DNA of 29,919 bases from a virus (lineage: Duplodnaviria > Caudoviricetes), in IMG/VR virus record IMGVR_UViG_3300020161_002285, positions 1-29,919 of that record. One strand, given 5' to 3'. The notes beneath the pieces were generated by a model. The model saw only the letters and a program-made list of their open reading frames with translations, had not been told where the DNA came from and ran no database searches. The position numbers and the translations under genes were made by a program. Of the stretch, positions 5,614-17,600 are shown in pieces; the first letter of the stretch is position 1; every line of letters begins with the position of its first letter.

Positions 5614-8600
5614 ATGGTACAATCAAATTTTGAATCAAAGATAAGAATTCAAGAAATTATTGATAATCAAATACCAGAATTTATACTAGAAGAAAATCCA
5701 AAATTTTCTGAATTTTTGAAGCAATATTATATTTCACAAGAGTATCAAGGTGGAAATATAGATCTTGTTGAAAATTTAGTAGAGTACTTAAAATTAGATA
5801 ATTTAACTCCTGAAGTAATTTCTGGAAATACAACTCTCTCTCAACAAATTACTGAGACTAGTGATGTAATTTATGTCACTAGTACTGTAGGATTTCCAAA
5901 TTCATATGGATTACTTCAAATAGATGATGAAATTATCACTTATAAAGAAAGACTGTCAGATAGATTTACTGGTTGTGTAAGAGGATTTAGTGGAATAGAA
6001 TCCTATGATAGTGAACTAGTCTTCAGTGATACCAATGCATCTTCGCATTTGAGTCAATCTGAAGTTACTAATTTAAGTGTATTATTTTTACAAAAATTTT
6101 ATGAAAAAATAAAATTTACATTTTTACCAGGTTTAGAAAAAGTAGATCTATATGAATCTTTAAATGTAAATAATTTCATCAAAAATTCAAAGTCTTTTTA
6201 TCAGGCAAAAGGAAGCAAAGAATCTTTTAGAATTTTATTTAATGCTTTATATGGAATAGAACCAAGTGTAGTTGATTTAGAAACATTTTTATTCAAATCT
6301 TCTGCAGCAAATTACCGAAGAAGAAAAGAAATATTGTTTGAAAATTTATCTTCAGATAGAGATCCTTTATTACTAACTGGATATCAAGTAACTAAAAATA
6401 ATAATTCTAATGTATTTGGTTCTGTATCCGAAGCAGAAATATTTACTAGAAATAATAAAACTTACTATAAATTTTATATATTTTTAGGATATGATGATTC
6501 AAATTCAGAAAATAGTGGTGAATTCCAAATTACACCCTCTTCCAAAGTTGTAGAAAAAATATTAGTAGGAGATAGTGCTACAGTTATTACTGTAGATTCT
6601 ACTATTGGATTTGACGATTCTGGAAGTTTATTTTGCAACGGTGTTGAAATTTTCTATACGGATAAAAGTATTAATCAGTTCTTTGGATGTTATACAAAAA
6701 ACAACAATTATATTAATGCAAATATAGAAAAAACGTCATTAGTATATTCTAATGACACTTACTTTGGATATGAAAATGGTGATAAAACTAAACGAGTTAA
6801 TCTTCGCCTTTTAGGTGTTGTTAACGGTATTGAAATTAGAAATGAAAATAAAACAGATTATATTTTTTCCGAAGGAGATAAGATATATGTTAAAAATTTG
6901 GGAGATTTAATCAAAAATCCTCCATCAAACAAAAGCAATTTGCAAATAATTGCAAATAGTTTTATTTACAATACTAGTTCTAGATATGAACTTAGTGAAT
7001 TTAATGTAAATTCTAGAGTAGCATTCACTTTAAGTGAAATTGATGACTCATCCCTCAAAAAGGGTGATTATGTAGAATTTTTAGAGAGAAATACAGAAAT
7101 ATTAGAAAATTCTTTAGGCAATGTAGAAATAACCTCAACAAACAAAGAAACTGGAGAAATAGAATTTAGTTCAAACTTAGAATCATTAAATCCTTTAAAA
7201 AAATATGATATTCGAAGAAAATTAAAAACTTCTTCAAGTTCCACAATTCCACTACAAAATGAAAATATTACTTGTGATATAACAAATGTGTATTCTGAAG
7301 ATAACCAAAATCTATATGTTGCTTCAAACTCTTTACCTTCTTACGAAATAACTAAAAATTTATTTTCCTTTGATGCTTCTTCCTTAGTTAACTTTGATAG
7401 TGATGAGCAAAAATATACTTCAATAAGATTTAATAGTGAGGTATCTTTTTTAAGTGGTGACAGAGTATATTATTCATATTCTGGTTCCCCGATAGTAGGT
7501 CTTTCTGAGGGATTATACTATATTACAGTATCTTCCGATAAGAAGGAGATTAAATTATTTGTTTCAAGATCATTTATTTCTATAGATAAATTTGTTTATT
7601 TGGAAAGTATTCCTAGCGGAACACATAATTTTACTTTATCATCACAGAAGACCGAAAATGGTGAAATATCTCCACAAAAACTATTAAAAAAAATTGAATC
7701 TAATGTAGATGCATTTTACAATGGAAAAGATTCTATTGGAACAGAAACTATTGGTATTCTTGTAAATGGTGTAGAAATTTTTAGTTCAAAATCAAATGAT
7801 AAAATTTATTATGGTCCTTTAGAGTCTGTTCAAGTCATAAATTCGGGAGAAAGTTACGATGTAATTAACCCACCAGTATTGGAGTTATCGAGTGGGAGTG
7901 CAAAATTACAACCAGTTGTTCAAGGTTCTATCGAAAGAATACACATAGATCCTCAAGAATTTAATGTTGAAAGACCTATAATTTTATCAGTTTCTGGTGG
8001 AAATGGTAAAGGTGCAATTTTATCACCAGTAACTAAACTAAAGAATAGGGAAGTATTCTTTGATGCAAGAATTTTAGATGAAGGTGGAGGATTAAGTGTA
8101 ACATCAGAAACTATTACCTTTTTAACAAATCATAATTTTACTAATGGGCAAACGGTAATTTATGATATTAACAACATCAATAATCAAAAAATTGGTATAG
8201 GTTCATTTCAAGGATCCAATAATGATAGTGGTAGATATTTGGGAAATAATTCTATTTTTTATGCAAAAGTAATTAACTCCAAAACTATTCAAATTTATCC
8301 AACTTATGGTGATTACGTATCTGGAATAAACACCGTTGGATTTACAACAATAGGAAATTTTGGTATTCATAAATTTAAAACAGAACCTAAAAAAGTTTTA
8401 GATTCTGTTAAGGTTGTATATGGTGGAAATGGATTTACAAATAGAAAGTTGATTGTAAATCCATCCGGAATATCAACTTATAATCACACAGTTAATTTTA
8501 ATAATCATGGATTTTTAAATGGGGAATTGGTAACATACGATAAACAGACAACTTCTATAGTTGGGTTATCAACATTAAATCAATACTATGTTTTAAAAGT

Positions 8601-11600
8601 AAGTGATAATTCATTTAGACTTTGTAATGCTGGGATTGGGGGAACAGATAATCAAAATTACGTAAGGCAGAATTATGTTAAGTTTTTATCTACAGGATCT
8701 GGATATCAATATTTTAATTATCCAAATATAACCGTAGATGTTTCCTATACTTTAGCAGATGGTCAAACAGTTAACTCAATTGTGGCAACTCCTGTAGTAA
8801 AAGGATCAATAATTCAAACATATCTCTATGAAAAGGGATCTAATTATGGATCAAATATATTGAATTTGGAAAATGTACCAGATGTAAAAATATTAGACGG
8901 TGAATTCGCACAACTAACCCCAATAATTTCCGCAGGAAAAATAGTTAATGTTTTAGTTTCTTATTATGGATCAAATTATTACTCTGTACCAGATATAATT
9001 GTCGAAAGTAAAAGTGGATCTGGAGCAATATTTAGAGCTAATATTAATAGAACAAACGGTAGATTAGAATCTGTAACTATTTTAAATGAAGGATATAATT
9101 ACAATTCAGATGATACTACTTTAAAGGTGGTTACTACTGGAAAAAATGCAGTCTTTTTTCCAAAAATTAGAGAATTAACTTTAGACAACTGCTATAAGTA
9201 TGGTACACAGTATCAAAACTATAGAGATCAATCTTATGAAATTTTATACAAAGCAAAAAATAATACTCTCCAATATGCAGTGACTGGATATTCGGAATTA
9301 TTAAAATCTTTATTCAATGAATCTACCACAAAACATTCCCCAATCATAGGTTGGTCTTACGATGGTATCCCAATTTATGGTCCATTTGGATATTTGGATC
9401 CAGATAATTCTAGTTCACAGATAAAACTCATGGAGTCTGGTTATTCATTAGTGGAAGTTGAAAATAGAGTTAGTACAACAGATTTTCCCCTTGGATATTT
9501 TATTGATGATTATGAATTTACAAATTCTGGCGATCTTGATGAATATAATGGAAGATTTTGTAAAACTCCAGAATATCCAAATGGCGTTTATGCATATTTT
9601 GCAACTGCAGAATTAAATCCAGAAAATAACTATATTGGAGTATTTCCATATTTTGTTGGCAAATATTATAGATCAAAAATAATATCAGAAAATGTAAATC
9701 CAAATTTCAACCAAAAATTTGATTTTAATGGTTCAAATTTATTGAGAAACACTTTACCATATAAGTCTGGACAAAAATATGGAAGAAATGACTTTATTCC
9801 AAATTATTTTGGACAAATTTGTGAAGTAAATTCAACACTTTCTGGAAATGTTCAACAAGTACAAGTAACAAGTGGAGGAAATAATTATAAAGTTGGAGAT
9901 TTGTTATATTTTAACAATGATGCAACTTCTGGTTATGGATTAGAGTGTTCTGTAGAATCTTTAAAAGGTAAAGAATTATCTAGTATACAATCATCTGTTA
10001 AAACATATGAAAATGTAAAACTTTACACAAGTTCTTCTAACGAATTTTACGTAAAATATTTACCAAACTTTGATATTCCCAATAATTCAAAAGTAACTAT
10101 AACTGGATTAACATCATCATTTGCAAATTTAAATGATCAACATAATGTTTTTGTTGAAGAGTTTAATACTAATCTGACTAATAGTATTTCATTTGGTGCT
10201 ATTGGAATAGCAACTGATTTATATTTGCAAGATTTTCCAAAAAGAGTTTCTATTGGAAGTTCTATTAAAATAGTTGGAGAAAACTATGATCAATACTTTA
10301 AAATATTAAATTATTTTAACGATAGGGGTGTTTTAAGAGTTTTAAGAACTTCAACATCTGGTTTAAGTACATCCAATTCTCCAGTATCATTTTTACCTGA
10401 CGTATTAAAGATACAAGCAAAATCTAACAATTCAACGCAACTAGAAAACTATTTAAGATATTTCAATCCAAATAATTCAATTGGTATTGGTACTCGGCCA
10501 GGAACTTTTATTAGTAGATCTTTTTATAAAGGTTCTGAATTAGTAACAGTTCCAATACCATCCCAATCAATATATTTACCAAACCATGGTTTTAGAACAA
10601 ATCAAAAAGTAATTTTAAAAAGACCCGCTGGAACAGTAGCAATTCAAGTCAGCAATGATGGTACTACTTCATTTCAAATTTTATCTGGAGGACAAACTGA
10701 AAGAGAATTATTTGTAATCAACAAGTCCAAAGATTATATTGGAATAGTAACGTCAGTTGGATTAACTACAACGAGTGGATTATATTTTACTGGTTCAATA
10801 ACACCAGAACCAACTCTTGGTTCTAATGCTGCTGCAGCACTTAATTATCAATATTCATTTGAATCAGTATTCGATGAAATCTTATGTAATATTATTGATG
10901 TTAAAAGTACGGTTTCTGTTTCAACATTTCATAATTTATCCCTAAATGATACCGTAGATGTTGTCGTTAAACCTAATAAATCTGTTGGTGTTGGTGGATC
11001 ATCATTTATTAATATAAAATACATTAATGCTATAAAATCAATTAGTACAAAATTACTATCATTTACACCAACTGGAGTGAATACATCAAGCAGTAAAATA
11101 AATTTTGTTGATCATGGTTTAATTAGTGGTGATAAAGTTTATTATATTTCAACTTCAGTGATTGGTGGATTAAGTACTGGTACATATTATGCACATAAAA
11201 TAGATTCAAATAATATACATTTATGTGAAACTTACATAGATTCTATTTCATTACCAACAAATTTTGTTAAATTTACCTCTGTTGGAATTGGTACACAAGA
11301 ATTAAATTTAATTCAACCAAAAATAGATATTATAAGAAACAATGATTTAGTTTTGAATGTATCCGACCCATCTTTGAGTGGATATGAATTTAAATTATAT
11401 ACAAATGAAGAATTGACAAAAGAGTTTGTATCTGTAGCATCTACTAGTGACTTTTCTTTAGTTGGTGTTAATACTATAGGAATTAGTACTGATGCGCTAA
11501 TAACATTAAAGTATTCAAATAATTACCCAGAAAAACTTTATTATACTTTAGAGAAAGACAATGAATTAATAGAATTAAACGATACTGTTAAAAATTCATC

Positions 11601-14600
11601 TGAAATTAATTTTATTAATAGTTTTTATTCTGGAAAATATAATATTTTTAATGTTACGAATACAACATTTGACATTAATTTGGTGAAAATACCAGAAGAA
11701 TCCTCTTACAATAATGATGATTGTGATGTTTTATCTTATTCAACAAATTCATTAACGGCGATTGGAGAAGTAGATAAAGTTAAAATAATTAGTTCAGGTA
11801 TTAATTATAAAGATATTCCCAGTTATACAATATCATCTTCAACTAATGGTGAGGGATTAAATATACTTCCATCATCAACAAATATTGGAAAAATTAATGG
11901 TATATCAATAAAAAACAGTGGTTTTGAATATTCCAATGATAAAACATTATCACCAAAAGCAAATGCATCTAAAAATGTAAAGATAAATACGTCCAATACT
12001 TTAACAAGAGTAAATGTAATTGATGGTGGTAAAAAATATCCATCAGCACCAAATTTAGTTGTTGTTGATTCCGATACTGGTAAAAAAATAGATAGTGGTC
12101 TCCTCAGAGCAACTATGTCTGGTGGAGGTCTTGGAAACGCTAATATAGAAAGAGTTACTATTGAAGTACCAGCAAATGGATTACCTTCCACTCCAGTAAC
12201 TGTGAAATCAGTAGATAATTCAAATGGAATAATAATTGATAGAATTGAATCATCAAGATCTGGAATACTTACATGTTTAATAAAGACTCCAATTTTAGGA
12301 TTTGTTGGTGATCCATTTGAAGTTAATGATGAAGTATTTGTTGAAAATATTGAAATAATATCAAATAGTGGAATAGGTTTTGATTCTGAAAACCACGGTT
12401 ATCAGTTTTTTAAAGTAATTGATTACACTTCCGGTTCCAATCCAGGAAGAATAGAAATACAAATACCAGAACTATATGGAGATCCTGGTATAGCAGTAAC
12501 ATTTCAGATTAATACATTTGCATCTATAGTTAAAAAAACAAATTATCCAATTTTCAGTGTAGAACAAGGTTATAGTTTATTTGAATTGGGTGAGCAGATA
12601 TCGGTTGTTTTGGATTCAGAAAACCTTATTTTTACAGACTTAATCGTTGAAAAATCTAGAGAAAATTATTTAAAACTTTCTGGAGATTATGAGTTAGTTA
12701 TCGGGAATGTGATTAAAGGACTTTCTAGTGGTTACTTAGCTACTATAGAAAGTATATCATCTTATGATGGTGTTTTTATAGTCAGTGCTGAAAATGTTAG
12801 ATCTTTAGATTGGGAAAATGAAACGGGAAAACCCAGTAATGATTCTCAATTTTTACCAGATAATGACTATTATCAAAATTTATCATACACGATAAAAAGT
12901 GAGAAAACTTGGGATCAAATATCTCCCACAGTCAACTCCATGGTACACCCAATTGGAACTAAAAATTTTGCAGATACGCAAATTTCATCATCAACATCGG
13001 GTATTGTTTCTACAGGATTAGTACCAAGTTCACAATTAGATTCTATACAATCTTTTATATCACAATCCAGAGTTGATACAATTAAAAACTTAGATTTTGT
13101 TAGAGATTATGATACAAATTTAAATGTATCAAGAATTATTAGATTTAAAAATCTAAAGTTGACAGACTATTTTGAAGCATTGACAAATAGAGTTTTACAA
13201 ATAGATGACATAAGTGGGCAATTTTCTAGTGACGATGATAATAATACAAGATTAAATCAAATCATACTTGCTTTACCTAAAGATCAATTATATGGAAAAT
13301 TTTTGATTCAAATAAAATCAACAAATCAAAATTTGGTAGAAAATGGTGTAAATCAGATACAATTTACAGAAATTATATCTCTAAAAAATAACAATGATAC
13401 GTTTTTCTTGGAAAAGAGCACTATAAGTAATTTGTATGGAATAACTAATGATTCCAATGTATTTGGAACAAAAATTGGAGATATAACTCCAATTGTTGAT
13501 GATGTTAAAAATTATTATTTCTTATTTACCCCAACAAATCCATATGATATCGATTATGAAATAAAGATACTTGGAAGTAGATTTTTGACTAATTTAGAAT
13601 CAGATTCTTCTTTTACAATAGGATCTTCTGATATTTTCAATACAGTAAACGTAATTTCCCCACAAGAATCTGAAGACATTTTATCGTTAGATTCGTCATT
13701 ATATTCCTCATTTTATTCACAAATTCATATTTTAAATAAAACTACTTTTGAAATGAATTATGTTGAAATTTATGCCACATATGATGGCAATAATGTTTAT
13801 TATAGTGATTACTACTTTGATGGAACAGAAAAAAATGATTTTAGTTATGGATTTATAGGTTCTTTTGGATTATCTGCAAGTGGTGGATTATTAAAGTTAA
13901 ATTATTATAATGAAGACACTACTGATAACATTACAGTAAGAACAAAAACTATTTCTTTTAATGACTCATCTTCGGGAATAGGAACATATAGATTTAAATC
14001 CACAAGACAAGGAGATGGTAGTGAAAGAACTATAATATTAGATTCTGGAACAAAAACAGTTTCAACATCTTCTACCATTTTTTCTTATACGAGTAATTTA
14101 TTCTCTAGTGTAAAATCTCTTGTTAAAGTTAGTATTGGCAATACAAGTTCATTACACCAATTAATGATGATACATGATAGTAATAATTCTATTATTACAG
14201 AATATCCTATTTTGTTAGTTGGTACTAATTCAGGTATAGGTACTTTTAGTTCTTTTGTAGATCAAAATAATTTTAATGTGTCATTTATACCATACAATAT
14301 ATTTAATGGAGCATCAATTGATATTCAATACTATAATGAAGTTTTTTACACATTTTTAGACGAGATTAATATTCCTCAACCACTTTCAGTAACACCACTT
14401 TATGAGAACGTAAGTATTGCAAAATATTTTGGATTAAACTCAAATAACATTAATAGGTCAAATTTTAATCTAAGATATAAAAATATACCAATATTTGCAA
14501 AAACATTTGATCCCTTTGATACGGAAGTTTTAAACCCATCTACTGGTATTTTTACCATAGATAATCATTTCTTCAGTACTGGTGAAAAGTTAATTTACAA

Positions 14601-17600
14601 ACCAAAATCAACGTTTATTGGTCTTGGACAAAGTGCCATGGGTATTCCCTCCGGATCAATTACAGATGCTGGAATTTCCACAAATAGATTGCCATCTAGT
14701 GTTTATGCAATTAAATTATCAAATAGACAGTTTAAAATAGCTTTAACGCAAGCAAATGCAAATTCTGGAAGTGCAGTAACATTTACATACTTGGGTGAAG
14801 GAAACTCCCATATGTTTGAAATGTATAAAAAAAATGAAAAATCTTTAATTACAATCAACAATTTAGCACAATATCCATTAACTTATACTGGTATAGCACA
14901 TTCTTTATTTGGAAACAACGGTCAAATTGGTGCTGGAGTCACTTTCTTTACTTTAAGTGGTATTAGTTCCATTAAACCGACAGATTTGTTGAAAATTGAT
15001 GAAGAATATGTGAAAGTTGTGAATGTTGGTATTGGAACTAGCAGTTCTGGACCCATATTATTCTTCACGGGTGATAAAAATATTGTTGAGGTTGAAAGAG
15101 GGTTTGTTGGATCTTCAGCAACATCCCATTTAGATAATTCTCGGGTTCAAATCTACAGAGGTTCTTACAGTATTTTTGAAGATGAGATATATTTCACTCA
15201 ACCACCTAGGGGAAATATATTTGACTTAGTTCAAAAAGATGAAAGAAATTTAGAAAGGTCTAGAGCAAGTTTTGGTGGAAGAGTTTTCTTAAGACAAGAT
15301 TATTCTACAAATATTATTTTTGATGATATTTCCCAACAATTTACAGGTATAGGTCAAACTTTCTTATTAAAATCTCAGGGAATAAGTACAGTAGGTTTGG
15401 GGACAACATCGGGGAATGGTATTTTATTCGTAAATGGAATATATCAAACTCCATTTACTCAAAATGTAATAGATTATAATTTTAGAATTATTGAGAATCA
15501 ATCTGCAGGAATTAGTAGTGTTGTATTTACTGGAATAAGAAATGATAATGATGAGATTACAATTTCACAATCTGATGTAAATCAAAACCAATTACCTAGA
15601 GGTGGAATAATTGTATCTTTGGGATCTACTGCAGGTCTTGGATATGCACCTTTATATGGCGCAAAAGTAAAGGCAACTTTAAATGCTAATGGTTCTATAA
15701 CCAGTATTGTGGGTATAGCAACAACTGGAAGCCCTGTTGCATTTACTACAGTATCATATAATAATGAAACTGGTGTCTTGCAGGTTTTTGCACCATCAAC
15801 TACTAATCTTATTGGAGCTAATCAAGTAAAAATAGTTGGATTAGCATTTACTTGCCCATCAAATGCAGGTATTATTTCTTATTTCCCAAGTCATAATCAA
15901 TCATTAAATGTTATTGGAATTGGTTCAACATCATTCTCTGTTCAAGTTGGTACAAGTACATTACCACATTATTATGTTGGATATGGAACTATATTCCCAT
16001 GGTATGAAGATTTAAACTTTGGGTCTGGATACAGACAACCAATTTCAATAGCAGTGACGGAATCTGGGCATGTGGGAAACCCCGCATCAATAACTGCCAC
16101 TGTTGGGGTAGGAGGTACTTTATCCTTTGTTGTAGTGGCAGGTGGAACTGGGTATAGTAATCCAATAATTCAAGTATCACCCCCAAGTTACGAAAATTTA
16201 CCAATTGTAGGTGTATCAAGACTTGGAATTGGTCAAACAACTGATACTGGAATTGGATTGTTAATGAATGTTGAAATTGGATCTGCAGTTGGTATTGATA
16301 CACTTGGCAATGTTGGAATTGGATCTACTCTTTTCCAAGTATCTTCTTTTAAAATTACAAGAACGGGTTATAACTTTAGAAGAGGTGATATTTTTAAACC
16401 AGTTGGGTTAGTAACTGCAAAAGGTTTTAATCAACCAATAGATGAATTTAAACTTACTGTACTAGAAACATATAATGATAATTTTGCTGCTTGGCAATTT
16501 GGAGAACTTAACTTGATAGATTCCATAAAAAAATATCAAGATGGTTCCAGATTGAATTACCCATTATATTATGGAGGAGAGCTTTTAAGTTTCCAAACAA
16601 ATGTTGATAATCCAGATTCTCAAGTTATAGATTTTGATTCTTTATTGGTCATTTTTGTAAATGGAATACTTCAAGAACCAAAAATTGCATATGAATTTAA
16701 TGGTGGATCTAGTGTGAGATTTTTAACAGCACCAAAAGTTGGTGATAATGTTGAAATTTATTTTTATGTTGGAACAAGGGGAGTAGATTCTCGGCAAGTC
16801 AATGTGGACCCAATAATACAAATTGGGGATACAGTTCAAATTTATAGCAATAATGCAAATCTTGAAAATACAATTACTCAAAATACAAGAACTGTTTTTG
16901 ATTTAATTTCATCAGATTTAATGGAAACTAATCTTTACTCCGATCAAGGAGTAGATGAACAGAATGAAAAACCATTATATTGGATTAAACAAAAAGAAGA
17001 TATTATTATTAATGATGCCACATATTCAAAATCAAGAGATTCTTTAGAACCACAAGTATATCCAACTGCAAAAATTATAAAAAATTTATCAATATCTGAT
17101 AGTGAGGTATTTGTCGATAATGCAAATTTCTTCGACTATGAAGAAGAACTTCCAACAGAAAAGATTGATCTTTTAATTGATTCTTCAAATCAATCGATAG
17201 TAACTGGTATAGTAACAGCAGTTGTTTCTGCAGCAGGAACTATTCAGTCTTTATCAATAGTAAATGCTGGTATTGGATATACTGGATCTAGTACTGAGAT
17301 AAAAATATCAAATCCATATTATGGAATTGGTGTTGGAGTTGGAACTACTGCAACAGCGTCTCTCGTAATTTCTGGTGGATCTATAACAAATGCTATTGTT
17401 GTCAATCCTGGATTTGGATATACTAGAACTAATCCCCCACAAGTTATAGTAAAACAACCATCAATTAAATTTGAAGAATGTTTAGATGCAAATGTTGTTG
17501 TTGGTTTTGATGGAGTAATTACTGGTATTGGAACAACAAATGGAATTGGTACAGATTTGGCTATAGAGTTTAGATTATTTACACCTAACGCAGATTATTC

